DNA of 64,000 nucleotides from positions 44,268,001-44,332,000 of the forward strand of contig OX597834.1 in the NCBI GenBank assembly GCA_951406725.2, read 5' to 3'. Source of the stretch: Octopus vulgaris (lineage: Eukaryota). Below, piece after piece: positions 14,620 to 28,542 of the stretch. A program made the position numbers and the translations under genes. The notes beneath the pieces are model-generated. The model did no database searches. It was not told where the DNA came from and saw nothing but the letters and a program-made list of their open reading frames with translations. How positions within the stretch are numbered: position 1 is the first letter of the stretch; the number at the start of each line of letters is the position of its first letter.

Positions 14620-14777
14620 AGTATGTGTGTGTGTGTGTGCCTTTGTGTGTATGCGTGTGTCTGTATGTACGTGTGCCCATGGATGTATGTATATGTGGGC
14701 TTAAGATATTAATCGGTCAAGAACATTTCTAAGAATGAGGTTTAAGAAATAAAATATAGCATAAAATACTAAATATA

Positions 14778-14853
<76 letters not shown>

Positions 14854-15939
14854 CAGAGAATTAGTGAAACATAACTGTAGATTATCTAATCTTTTTAATT
14901 ACATAGAAACACAAAACGAACTTGTAAAGGGAAAAGTGGAAACACCGTAAGAGCCGAAAGGAGGATGTACCAATGTTATATTAAGGACAAATAGGAATCG
15001 ATGAAGTAACTCAAACCCCTACCGCCATGTTAAAGACTCCAACATCTCACTTTCCATCATCTTTTCATAAACCATTGCAAGCCATTTACGTTTAACAACA
15101 CCGTTATGAGTTTGTAAATGTATACGAAACAGCGGATAAATAGCTCGGCGCAATTCGACGCGGTTTAAATTTCATCATTTTTATTCTTTAATATCCTTTA
15201 TTTAAATTTTAAGTTACTCCCACACAAATGTATTCCCCAATATGTTCACTTGTATGCGTATACATAGACGATGATGCACAGTATAAAACTATGTATTTCT
15301 TAAGTTTTTCATTAATTTTGTTTCTTTCCGTGGTACGTTTTCTTGTAGTTGATTTTTATTTTTGATTGACTCAAAGTGCTTCCAGGGCTTTTGATACGAG
15401 ATATGTTAACAGGGGAATGGAAATTCAAGATTTTTTCAAACTAGTATTTTCAATCATGCCCTAGAAAAAAATTACTATTCATCGGCACGAAGATATATTA
15501 ATTAAAAAGTATATTACAACTTAATGAACCAAACTGGTTAGTATCAGTTGCCTTGGAAGCGATATGGAGATTGTATTCTTCCCCTTACACGAGTTTGGTT
15601 AGAGGCTTCTGGAAGAATAAGTTCTGTAGAGGGAACAACACTGTAGATTACTCGGATTCCAGAAAGGAATACTTTGTCAGGAATTACTAAAGTGCTTTCG
15701 TACTTTTTTTTTGCATGTAAGAACGGATGTAACACCATATCCTTCCACAGATGTGTGTGTGTGGTGTATGGTGTGTGGTGTGTGCGCGCATGCGTGTTAT
15801 TTGTGTTCGTGTGTTCAAGTTGTATTCGGAAACTAAAAAAGGAATTCGCTTGAAACAATGTTATTTGCCATCCGACTCCATAACAATATGTAACGTTTCT
15901 TTTCGAATATAAAACAGTAGAACTTTTAAATTCAGTTAA

Positions 15940-15990
<51 letters not shown>

Positions 15991-16691
15991 AACACACACA
16001 CAAACACACACACACATACGCGCACACATATTAATGTTTGTTTTTATGTCGGGTTAGAGCAAAATTAATTTTACATTAAACTGAAGAGTAACTCAATACT
16101 TTCATTAGAGTATACATTATACTCTACTTACGTAAGTATGATACATATGTTTTATGCGTGTGGGTGTGCGCGCGCGTGTGAATATGTGTGTATGTATGTG
16201 TATATGCGTGTGTGTGCATGTGTATTAGTGTCGATTTCAACGAGAGACAATATATGGAACACAGGTGACAAACTTAGAAATTAATCAAACAGAGAGAAGG
16301 AGAGAGTGAATAAGAGATATGAAGAGAGTGATAAATAAAAAAGAGGGAAAGTGGTTATGGAGAAAAGCGAGTGAGAGAGAGAGAAAGAGAGACGGAGAAA
16401 GAGAGAGAGCGAGAGAGTGGGGTGGAATGATGGTAATAATGCAATATTTTAATTACAATTTTTGTCATCACTTCAAGACCAGATTAAGAAGATCGAATAA
16501 TAATTTCTATCTGAGAAGATTTTAATTGCGATAAAAAGCCAAACCAAGCTTCGGTTCCAGAATTTCAAAATAGCAGATAAATACATTGAAACGTCGAATA
16601 AGCTATCAGTGAAAGAGGAGGGGAAATGTTTTCTCTCCAAGCACAGAATGTCCGATAATCAGAGTATCAAAAGCCGAAGACTGTTCAGAAT

Positions 16692-16944
16692 TCTTTTCCA
16701 CTATAGGTGCAAGGCCTGAAGGTTGGTGAATGGGGATAGACGATTACATCGACCCTGGTACATGACTGACACTTATTTTATCGGCCCCGAAAAGATGAAA
16801 GGCAAAGTCGACCCCGGTGGAATTTGAACTCAGAACAAAGGACGTACGAAATGTCCGTAACAATTTCGCCCGGCGGGCTAACGATTCTTATTTCTTTACT
16901 GCCCACAAGGGGCAAAACATAGAGGGGACAAACAAGGACAGACA
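16692..16944 (-). mobile_element. SINE family C (5'-truncated) joined to a Tx1-like SINE tail
   Basis: Family C core and head up to acgattct, then tatttctttactgcccacaagggg from 16889. Confidence 0.8.
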
Positions 16945-17070
16945 GTATTTGGCTTAAAAGTTGAGTCCTGGAGTCAATTTGTTTAACTAAAACCGCTCGA
17001 GGTGCTCCAGCATGGCTGTAGTTAGATGACTGAAAGAAGAGAATAAAAGCATAAATGTATATATATATGT

Positions 17071-17113
<43 letters not shown>

Positions 17114-17222
17114 AATACATATGCATATATGTATGTATGTGTATATGTAATATATATTTATATATATACATAAATGCTCATATATATATATATGTGTGTG
17201 TATATATGTATCTATGTATCTC

Positions 17223-17270
<48 letters not shown>

Positions 17271-18529
17271 AACACGCACAGGGAGAGAGAGAGGGACCGA
17301 AGGAGCGAGGGTGAAGGAGAGATGGAGAAATGTGAAAGAGAGAGAGAGAGATTTCGAAATGAATTCCTTGAAGCACAAAGCTTAGCGACTGACTCCAATT
17401 GAAGCTAATATTAAACAGTGTTTTATAGCATAACAAAAAACTAAAGTGTTACTACGACCACTGAGAGAATCTATCCAACAATAATCGCATTCAGATGGTA
17501 CTAAATCAGCATTAAGTTACGTTGCGAAGAAAAAGGAGAAATTAACTCGAAATTTCTTAGATTATGGTGATGGTTTTTATCTCGTAAAGTAAGTGCATTA
17601 AAACGAAACCAGAAAGATGGCAAAAATCTTCGTAAATATTCGTTTTAGAAACACTACATATATATATATATGTGTGTGTGTGTATGTGTGTGTACGTGTG
17701 TTACCGTGTGTCCATGTGTGTATGTACATATATATATATATGTGTGTATATACGAAGACATTTCCTATGATGGAACTGTGATAATTGAAGTGTTAGAGCA
17801 CTTAACTAAATACGTGCCAAATGGAAGTGAACTCAGCATAATGAAGTAATTCGGCAGTTGTTCGTTGCTGTCAGTTTGTAAAGCTACATTATCTGTAATG
17901 TCAAAAAAGCGGTGGAGTAAAAGCGTTGTTTTGTATTGTGAAAATTCAGTGTAATCTGCGAGTGAATGCGATCATTTGGCTATCTTTCGTATTGTGAAAA
18001 TTGTGAGTGGTGAGCTGGAAAAGCAGACGGAACCAGGTACTTGTTAATTATGTCATCACAATAAGCAACAGACGTTCTTATTTATAACTTTCATACTTGA
18101 CACACTCCGTCATTTTTGACTACTTATCCCGCCATGGTTGTTTGCTGATTGTCAATGACGGTTTTGCTCCTGAATTAGGTTTGGGTAGCTTTTTTTTTTC
18201 TCTCAACAATTGAAGAAAACGCCTGTTTTTTGTTTTAGTTTCAAAGTTGTTTGTACCTGTAGCTATGATATCAGCAGTAAGGAATAATGTTTTTAGATTT
18301 AGCTGAAAAATTTTTTTTACGAAAACATAAGACAAGATGGCACACAAATATTAGTTTCCGATTGATCAGAATAATTTGGTCGAAACTTTAATATTGATTG
18401 GTGTCCCTGAAAAGTTTCTAAACTCCGTTTTAGCTATTTTGTAAAATAAGTATGGTACGATATTTTGAGCTGCTAACATATAAATACACTTCCACACTGT
18501 ATTGTAGAAAGAAACATCCATCCATCCAT

Positions 18530-18637
18530 CCACTTTTTTTCATTTTTTCATTTTTCCACTTTTTCATTTTCGAAAAGAAAAGCTCTACCTTGTAACTTGT
18601 CCCATCTGTTTGCAGCCCTGTGTGGCCAATAAAGAAA
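18530..18637 (+). mobile_element. Tx1-like LINE extreme 3' end between (CCAT)n and (TATC)n
   Basis: gaaaagctctaccttgtaacttgtcccatctgtttgcagccctgtgtggccaataaagaaa matches 13085-13147. Confidence 0.75.
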
Positions 18638-18638
18638 C

Positions 18639-18747
<109 letters not shown>

Positions 18748-19024
18748 CTTCTTTCTTTCTTTCTGTCTCTGTCAATAGATTAATATGTATCTATCAACAT
18801 AAGAGTCATTCTGTCTATTCCTATTCTCTTCATTCAAACTCCACGCCTTTACATCTCTCCTCTCTCCCCCTCTCTCTCTCTCCCTCTCTCCCCCTCGTCT
18901 TACTTCATCTCCCCTCTTCGCCTATGACTCACACCGTCTCCCCCATACACACACGTGTGTGTGCAAGTGTGCGTACATGTACAAGTATGTGCATGTATGT
19001 ATGTGTGCGTGTGTGCGTACGTAT

Positions 19025-19062
<38 letters not shown>

Positions 19063-19319
19063 ATGTGTGTGTGTGTGCGCGTGTATGTGTTCCTGCGCTC
19101 GTGCGGTTCCTTAATTAAATTTCTTTTACGCTACATAAGTTCAACACTATCTTCGACCAGATTCCGCCACGATCAAATCTGCAATTAAATTCAATTAAAA
19201 AATGTATTCCATTGTTTCTTAATACACACACACACACACATACATACATACATACATACATACACACATAGACATATACACCTACAAACATACTTGCATA
19301 TACATACATGAATGCATAT

Positions 19320-19380
<61 letters not shown>

Positions 19381-19416
19381 AACACACACACATAAATGAT
19401 ATAAAAACATTTCATG

Positions 19417-19448
<32 letters not shown>

Positions 19449-19461
19449 CATACATATACAC

Positions 19462-19538
<77 letters not shown>

Positions 19539-19542
19539 ACAT

Positions 19543-19610
<68 letters not shown>

Positions 19611-19958
19611 ATAAGGTGTTTTTATATAATTTCTTTACTTCCGTTGCCTTGCAGCCCAAACGAACATTTTTCTCTACATTTATTTGTTTTTCATCCTGTT
19701 TTCGGGGTTTTCTTGTATGTTTTTTTTTTACTTTTCGTTTCTGTTGTTGTTTTTCTTGTTGTTACTCTTGTTACTATTATTCTTGTTAGTATTGGCGTTG
19801 TTGTTGTAGTTGTCGTTGTTATCACTACTGATTTTGTGGTAATTATTGTCGTAACTGATTGTGGTTGTTTTTTGTTACCTAGACGAAAATTTATTCTTAG
19901 AACCGAGAAGCAATGCGGGGGTATTTCGATTCCTATGTTCTAGGAATCGATGAATAGA

Positions 19959-19993
<35 letters not shown>

Positions 19994-20243
19994 ACAGATA
20001 AAAACCAAAGAAACCGAACAACATCTTCATCGAAATTGTGAAGTTGTGGAAGCTAGAAATAATATAGAAATCTCACTCAAATTACACCTCGGCCCTTAGT
20101 GTTTCAAGGTAAGTTCATTATCAATGAATGATTGTGCGAAGCGAATATACCCGAATGTACTCGTTCTTTGTAAGTCTTGTATTGTATGACAGCCAGATCA
20201 GTGCCAATATGGTTTCAAACAAGGACATGAACAACAACAACAA

Positions 20244-20372
<129 letters not shown>

Positions 20373-20463
20373 GGAGAGCAACAACAGCGATAACAACCCA
20401 CGATCACAAAATCGTGAGTACATCACCATAACCATGCGCTTTTATACATATGAATAAATAAAC

Positions 20464-20710
20464 GCGCCCTTTTAAAGCCTAGCCAAACTCATGGGCCCGG
20501 TTTCCCGGTTTCTATGGCGTATGTGTTCCCCTCAGCTGGACGGGACGCCAGTCCATGGCAGCGTCACTCATTTTTGCCAGCTGAGTGGACTGGATCAACG
20601 TGAAATGAAGTGTTTTGCTCAAGAGCACAACGCGTCGCCCTGTCCACGAATCGAAACCACAATCTTCCGATCATGATGCTGACACCCTAACCACTAAACC
20701 ACGCGCCTCC
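20464..20710 (-). mobile_element. CORE-type SINE (family D), tail type 2
   Basis: Head ggaggcgcgtggtttagtggttagg...ggtttcgattc; CORE-like gttgtgctcttgagcaaaacacttc...cactcagctggcaaaaatgagt; tail ...gccatagaaaccgggaaaccgggcccatgag. Confidence 0.85.
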
Positions 20711-21161
20711 AAGCCTTTATGCATTGATACATCTATAAGTATGTATACATTTGTATATATATATATATATATATATATTACACACACACACAAAAATATA
20801 TTATTATTATTATTATTATTATTTTTACATATGTATATTACCTTATATAAGCATCGCATTTATCAATTAATTGAAATACCCATAGTTGTATATGTGCTGC
20901 TCATTAACCGAGGTTCTGCGGGTCGTATGATCATCAAAGTATTTCTATATATCTCCTACATAAATTCGTTATGGATCTTACACGCGGCTCCCCACCCCGC
21001 GAGTAGATAAGTGTTTTTCTAGTTGTGTCAAGTATCTATTAAATCGTAAATACCCTTACATACTCACGCATGCATATATGCATGTCTATATTTATATTTG
21101 CATCCCTGTCTATCTAGCCATCTGTCCGTCTGTCTGTCTATCTAGCTATATATATAAGTCC

Positions 21162-21231
<70 letters not shown>

Positions 21232-21287
21232 ATATCTATTTATACTGTATAAATATACATATATATATATACACACACACATACATA

Positions 21288-21344
<57 letters not shown>

Positions 21345-22448
21345 GTATGTATATATTTGTATATATAGATTCCTATTCATATATCTCTAGATAAATAAAT
21401 GTGTGTATGTGTGTGTGTGTGAGTAAGAGAGAGAGAGAGTGAGAGAGAGAGAGTCTAGAGGAATATATTTGAATATAATGATACACACACTTGTCTATAC
21501 TTAATTGTGGCTATGTATGTATGCATCTATGTATATGTATATGTATCTATATATTTATGTAAGTATGTATGTATGAATGTATATATGTGTGTGTATGAAG
21601 CAGATACACTACACACTCTTTCGCACTCTCATTCCTGTGTCTGAGTTAAAAAAACACTGACATCCACCACCACACACACGCCCAAACACTTAGATCTACA
21701 TGCATATTAAAGAAAATCTCCTGCACAATTAATTAATTGCGCTGAATACATTCCATACCTGGTGTCATCTTCACTTGTGTGTATTTATTTGAAGTTGCTA
21801 AAAACTCATTAGTTAAGCAAGAAGAACTTGTAAGTAGAACTTCACTTCCATATTGAGTACTTACTTAAAAGCCATGCAAATCATCATGTTACGAACCCAT
21901 TTAAAATTAATATAAGCACACAGAGAAGCCTACACACACACACACGTGTTATATAAATGTGTGTTTATGTGTGTGTATTATTTTTATGCATGTGTGTGTG
22001 TGTTTCTTTTATTTGAGTGTGTGTGCGTCTGTTTAGCGGATACTGCCTTCGCAAAATAGTTTCTCCTAAGCTGATACGTTTTTTTGTTATATATAATAGT
22101 AATTTGGTGTAGGTTGTATATTGAGGTCTTGAAGATAAAGGGAGAACAAAATAAGGGATATAAATATTGGTACAGTGTGGAATTTTAAGTAAATGTATCA
22201 CAGAAGTTTGAAGAAAAGACTTAGGTCATGATTACGTAGTCTAGACATAAATTTCATATCAAAGCGACTATGAATTTGAAGGTCGTTTATCCAGACAATA
22301 GCCTCATCTGTCTTCTTACAGTTCTGAAGTTGCTGTCAAAATACGATAAACATTCAAAATTTATACACAAGTAAAAATATATAAAAATCTTTTACCTTTT
22401 ACTTACTTCAGACTGCAGCCATGCTGGGGCAACGTCTTGAAGAATATA

Positions 22449-22501
<53 letters not shown>

Positions 22502-22506
<5 letters not shown>

Positions 22507-22700
22507 TAATCCAAACATGAAAGCACAAAAAACACAACAACGCGAGGACGTGGAACAAATATAGTATTATTGGACGCTCAGGAAAGAAGGAGGGTTTAAC
22601 ATTTCGAGCAGAGCTCTTCGTCGGAAACATAGGAGAAGGAAAGATCCAGAGAAGGGAAGACAGAGGAAAAAAAATCGCCAACGGTAAACACGCGGTCACA
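22502..22700 (-). mobile_element. Penelope-like pseudo-LTR within (TA)n
   Basis: Homologous to 58735-58945 and contains a minimal hammerhead motif. Confidence 0.65.
22594..22628 (-). ncRNA. Minimal type-I hammerhead ribozyme (PLE type, variant core)
   Basis: gttt-CCGACGA-agagc(tct)gctc-GAAAT-GTT-aaac: stem I gttt/aaac, stem II gagc/gctc, U4C core variant, and GAAAT in place of GAAAC. Confidence 0.55.
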
Positions 22701-23229
22701 TATATATATTATATAGGGAAAGTTTACGAAAAAAAACCCAACAAAAGACGGGGAACAAAACGGGGATTTGCATGGTCATTGCCGATTTAACGCAATGCTG
22801 TCGTCGATTATTCTTCAAATAGAAAACGGAGTTTACGAGTATTTATTAAAAATGCTCTCTGTACGTGCACTCATTTGTATCCATTTCATTATCAGTTCAT
22901 AACTGTAAGCGATTAATGCCCCGCGTGTGGGTGGATGCGTGCTTTTAATAAGCACACTTGCAAGTTTCTTGTGCGAATAGACTCAGCATTTGCAAATCTG
23001 AATTTATATTATCAATAACAAATAAAAATAATTGACTCTGTGTCTGGTTACTCTGATCCTGCAAACACATTAATATATAAAATTGGCAGTAGGTCCCATA
23101 TGCTGTAGAAAGTTTTAAAGTCGACTTAATTACCTCCAGCAGGTGACTGGCCCTTCGTTCTGTTGACCCCGATTAACGGTGTAAATCAGAGTTCAGTTCG
23201 TGAGTATTTAATATTAAAGCATAAAAAAA

Positions 23230-23500
23230 GTAAAAACGAGATGGGGGGAAAGAAAAAATCGATCAATAGGGATCGTGTGTCACAGAAATATCATGATATA
23301 AAGTGTAAAGTGGGGAACAGATGAGGTTTATCCGTGGAAAGAAAAGCCTACATTATTTATTTGCAAGTAGGTAACTCTCTGCTTTAAATTTTTCCGGGTT
23401 CATAGGATCATACTCAAGGTGGCTTCGTCATTCATACGTGCCATCCTTGCTACATTGATCCATCCTTTTTTTTAAACATTCGGTAGACAAACTTGCCTCC
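23230..23500 (-). mobile_element. Tx1-like LINE internal 3' fragment
   Basis: Reverse complement matches 12708-13000 (gtaggcttttctttccacggataaac; gcaaggatggcacgtatgaatgacgaag). Confidence 0.8.
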
Positions 23501-24137
23501 AGTGTGTGTGACCGTGTTTATGTGTGCGTGTTAGTCGATAAAACCGAATTTGTCATTGGCTAGGACTTCAGTATAACGATTATGGAGTTGATAAAATTTA
23601 AAGGTGTCTTCAACAAGATTAGAACTCAGAACGTGATGCTCTGTATCTAAATACCACAATAAGACAGTTTGACTCATCTCTAACGACTGCTTTAATCCAA
23701 CAATACTTCTTTATAGATCGCTAATAATGAAGGCAGGCAATCTGTTGCGTTTTACACAGTGGAGATGGCTGCCATATCATTATTGTTAAATTCCTGCCAT
23801 CCAGAGTGTTTATAACTAAAACTGAGGAAGCAATTAATTTGGATTTAACAAGTGAGAAACTTGTTCTAGCTAGTCCATATGCTAATAAGTGACTATTATT
23901 ATACAAGTGTTAGATAATGAGAAGTCTTCTATTTCTAATGATGTCTTCGCTTCTAAATTCTACACGTACGATTCATGCGTGCATCTATTCTACGCAGGGA
24001 ATTGAGTTCACAAAACTGCGTTTATTGTTGTAATGTTTGATCTGAGAGAATGCGATTTCTGACCACATCCCATTCAGGCGTGCTGGCAGCTTCGTCTGTT
24101 ATTGTTTGTGTTCGTTTACTTTTCATTCCGTCGCTTA

Positions 24138-24171
<34 letters not shown>

Positions 24172-24550
24172 TTTCATTTCCATGTGTTCCATTGCATACT
24201 TGGAAACACACAAGCATGTGTGTGTGTGTATAGGTGTGTGTGCATGTTTGTATGTATGTCCTATGGAATGCTTCTCTTTCTGATCGCGTACGTTCACATA
24301 ATTTTGCGAAATATATGACTACCGCTGAAGCACAATGCATTATACTGCATATATACAAATATAAATACATACATATATACACGCACACACACATATATAC
24401 ATAAGTATGCATGTATGTACACGTATGTATGTATACATATTTACGTATACATGAATATACATATAATACATATACACGTATAACACCATATATACGTATG
24501 TATATGTATATATACATATACAAACATATATATGTATATATGTGTATATA

Positions 24551-24663
<113 letters not shown>

Positions 24664-24940
24664 TTATATACGTTGTAGCTCTAAATATATGTGTAGATGT
24701 ATGCGTGAGTATATATATATGTAAGAAAATCCAAATATACAGTCTAATTAAATATATATCGTTCTCATAATGCATCTTTGAGCTGCTAATTGGCCGTTCT
24801 CAGCAAACATATGCGCTTAATTTGCGTGGCCACATATCCTAAATGTTCTCAACTTCGACAGCTAATAAGAATATCTGAATACTTGTTCAGTTATGGACAT
24901 TCATACAGTTTTATTTCAGAATAGACGAAACAGTTACGGC

Positions 24941-25257
24941 TGGCACTCCGTCGGTTGCGTCGATGCGCGTTTCAGTTCGTTTGATCAACGAAACACCCAG
25001 CTCGTGGAAGTAACGTGCAAGTGGCTGAGTACTCCGCCGACACGCGTACCATTAACGTAGTTTTTAGGGAGATTCAGCATGACACAGAATGTGACAAAAT
25101 TGGCCCTTTTTCCTACAAGTACTACTCATTTTTGCCAGTTGAGTGGACTAGAGAAACGCGAAATAAAGTGTCTCGTTCAAGGACGCAACTCGCCATCGGG
25201 TATCGAACTCACGACCTTACGATTATGAGACAAATACCCTAACCACTTGGTTACACG
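24941..25257 (-). mobile_element. CORE-type SINE (family D) with tail shared with the family B copy at 10 kb
   Basis: Head tggttagggtatttg...gagttcgatacc, CORE-like block, tail ...accgacggagtgcca. Confidence 0.8.
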
Positions 25258-25550
25258 TATTCAGAGTTACAGATCGGGGAAGAACAACTGCACCAGCAGC
25301 GTGTTACGCCGAGACGCTCACCAACAATATCTACGGTCTGTGTGTAGACATCCCGTGTGTATGGGAGACAGTTGGTTAGGTGGTGATTCTTGCTTACTGC
25401 TTGCTTCATGCTCATCTTACTTGATGGGGCTCACCCCAGGTTAGTGGTCCCAGAGTCGTCATCATACGTAGGGCCGACCACGTCCACCGGTGCTCGCCAT
25501 CGCTGGTAGTCTCCTGCTAGATCCTCTACAGCTTAAATTAGGAGGTAAAA

Positions 25551-26119
25551 TATTGGGTTGTCCGGAAAGTTCGTGCTGATTTTTAAAGGAAGAACAAGGT
25601 CAATAAATACTTGACCTTATATTTTTAATCAACCAAATATGAACCATTTTGTTGCATAATGCATCTGCATCTTTCTTTTAACTTGAAAATACCCTCTTCC
25701 CAGAATTGAGGTGGTTTCATGGTAAACAATTCATCATGGTATCTTTTTACGTCATCCAAGGAATTGAAATTTTTACCATTAAGACTATTCTACAGAGACC
25801 TGAATAAGTGGAAATCCGGAAAAGCAATATCTGGTGAATATGGAGGGTGGCGTAATACATCCCAGCCGAGCTGCAGCAATTTTTGTCTGGTTCCCAAATC
25901 ATCAAGTGGCGAAAATGAACTTTCTTATCTTCCATTTTAAAGGGTTACAGAATTAACACAGGTTATAGGAACATAAACCTTCTTCCACGAAAAGATAGCT
26001 TAAACTGTGCTCTAAATGGAGGTGTAGTCAAATCCTATTTTATGGACTCAACGATGTTCTAAAATAAGTCGAAAGGTAAGCAACTATAAATCGGCACGAA
26101 CTTTCCGGACAACCCAATA
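25551..26119 (-). mobile_element. Internally deleted mariner element (MITE-like) with both TIRs and TA target duplication
   Basis: TIRs ta-ttgggttgtccggaaagttcgtgc(t/c)gattt at both ends. Minus strand gives MEDKKVHFRHLM fused to QKLLQLGWDVLRHPPYSPDIAFPDFHLFRSL...NGSYLVD. Confidence 0.92.
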
Positions 26120-27610
26120 TATTATTTATCCACGATGGAGTCTGTGTGAATCTTTTCTCAGTACTTTTCGTTCGCAGGTATAATTAAAAAAATTCATTTT
26201 AAGTCACTAAATGCTGTGCATTATATGTGCAGCAGTTGTAACAATTCTTACAAGTAAGGCATCGAAATTACAAGTAGTGCAGTAAGACTAATTCTTCTCT
26301 TCCCATCTTCTCCATTTCATCACCACCACCATCAAGAATAACAGAAAAAGGGTGACACAGGATGGAGAGGCGTTGTTGGTCTCAAGACAAATTCACATAA
26401 ACAACAATACGCTTATCAGCAATTATAGATAAGAAGCGGCAACAAGCATTACAACACCGATAATTGCAATAAGGTTGGTAGGATCAGCGCAATAACAGTA
26501 GCAGTTGCAACGGTGGCACCTTCACCGACACCTGAATATGAAGACGAACAATAGCAATAACTAGAATAAATGTGGTCACGTGGTATCAGATGAAATATCA
26601 GTCGTTGATTAGTATGAATGTTGCTAATCAATTGAATACAACATGAATGTGACCTTTTCTTTTTTTATTTTATTTGTTTGCTTTTTTAGTTTTTGGCAAT
26701 GGTAATCAGTGTCAAACAAATAATTAGGAAAGCAACATGACAAATGATTTTTTTTTGTTTTTTTTTTGGTTATGTTTTTTGTTTGTTTGTTTTGTTTCGT
26801 TAAACACGACTGTTAATTGGTGGAATATTTAGAAAGCTAATTAACAAAAATAAATGAATAAATAAATAAATAAAATGAAATAAACTAAAGTGAAACAAGA
26901 TGAAAATATTCGTATAAATAACTAAAACAGGAATTTTTCCAGACCTGGAAAGTTTTGAAAATTAATAACAAACATGGAATAAAAATAAAATATAAAATTA
27001 TAAAGTATTGCAAAAAAACAAAAAAAGACAAAAAAAAGATGAAAATAAATTAGAATATAAAGAAAAACAAACTCAAATTGATAACAAAATGGGGAAAGAA
27101 CTTGAACGATAGAGACGGAGCGACGTTTCGGTTCTTCTAACCTTTCGAATGTTTCTGGCTTCAATACAACAGGAATAATAGCTCTGAGTGGGTACAACTA
27201 ACACATGTACAACCACACATCCATACATAGCCACACACACACACATACATACATACATACATACATACATACATACATACACAAATACATGCACACATAT
27301 GCAATACATACATATACATACACGCAAACACCCTAGCGTTACACATGTTTATTAGTTTTTCATCAGGTGTGACATCTCGGTCATTTTCTTTCTTTTCATG
27401 GAATATTGTATTAAAAGGCCTTCCTTTGCCAAATGGCATAGTGTGATTTCAGCGAGGTACCGCTACTATAATTAACAGACTAAGTGACCATATCCATGCT
27501 TCAAATTATAAATCTTTCTTTCTTTTATGTACAATATATTCGTGGACGGAAAAAAGAGAGATCGGTACGACTATGTTCAACTTTGCAACCGTGTATACTA
27601 TCTCTCTCTG

Positions 27611-27712
<102 letters not shown>

Positions 27713-27799
27713 TATATACATATACATATACATATATATATACATACATATATACATACATAAATAAATAAATAAATAGATAAATAAATAAAATATAAA

Positions 27800-27981
27800 T
27801 GCGCCCTTTCAAAGTCTAGCCAGGCTCATGGGCGCGGTTTACCGGTTTCTATGGCGTATGCGTTTCCCAGTCCATCGCAGCGTTACTCATTTTTGCCAGC
27901 TGAGTGAACTGGAGTAACGTGAAATGAAGTGTTTTGCTCAATAACACAACGGGTCGCCCGGTCCAGGAATCGAAACCACAA
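27800..27981 (-). mobile_element. CORE-type SINE (family D, tail type 2), 5'-truncated
   Basis: Matches 20464-20660. Confidence 0.8.
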
Positions 27982-28081
27982 CCTCATTTTGTTAATGAGT
28001 GATGGCGATCCTTTTCCTTTCAATGGCAAGGTGAATCAACATAACTGTTGCTATTGGGCTCTTGAAAATCCGAGAGAACTC
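27982..28081 (+). pseudogene. Tc1/Tc3-like transposase fragment (first catalytic Asp region)
   Basis: [33 protein letters not shown] versus family motif MSDEAHFHLNGxVNKQNCRYWAxENP. Confidence 0.75.
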
Positions 28082-28108
28082 GGCTATATATGTATATATA
28101 CATATATG

Positions 28109-28163
<55 letters not shown>

Positions 28164-28182
28164 CGATATATATATAGATAGA

Positions 28183-28231
<49 letters not shown>

Positions 28232-28236
<5 letters not shown>

Positions 28237-28542
28237 CGTGATCACCGTGACCGACCAGGCTATCAGATGTTGCTACACATCGCTGGTCACAATGTGCTTC
28301 GCGTTGTTTTAACCTTCAAATGACGCCACCCCGCTGGCTAAGCGAGCAGGACAACAGAAGAAAGAGTGAGAGAAAGTTGTGGCGAAAGAATACAAGGGGG
28401 ATCGCCACTACCCCCTGCCGGAGTTTCGTGGAGCTTTAGATGCTTTCGCTCAATAAACACTCACAACGCCCGGTCTGGGAATCGAAACCGCGATCCTACA
28501 ACCACGAGTCCGATGCCATAACCACTGGGCCATTGCACCTCC
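28232..28542 (-). mobile_element. SINE family B, full length, tail ending in (TA)n
   Basis: Head ggaggtgcaatggcccagtggttatggc...ggtttcgattcccagaccgggc; tail ...ggtcacggtgatcacggtga(ta)n. Confidence 0.9.

Noticed and set aside
22100-22125. gtaggttgtata resembling part of let-7
   Set aside because: The seed region is absent and there is no hairpin partner.
27112-27160. Hammerhead-like ggtt(agaag)aacc-GAAAC-GTC on the minus strand
   Set aside because: No CUGANGA and no stem I; at best a decayed remnant.
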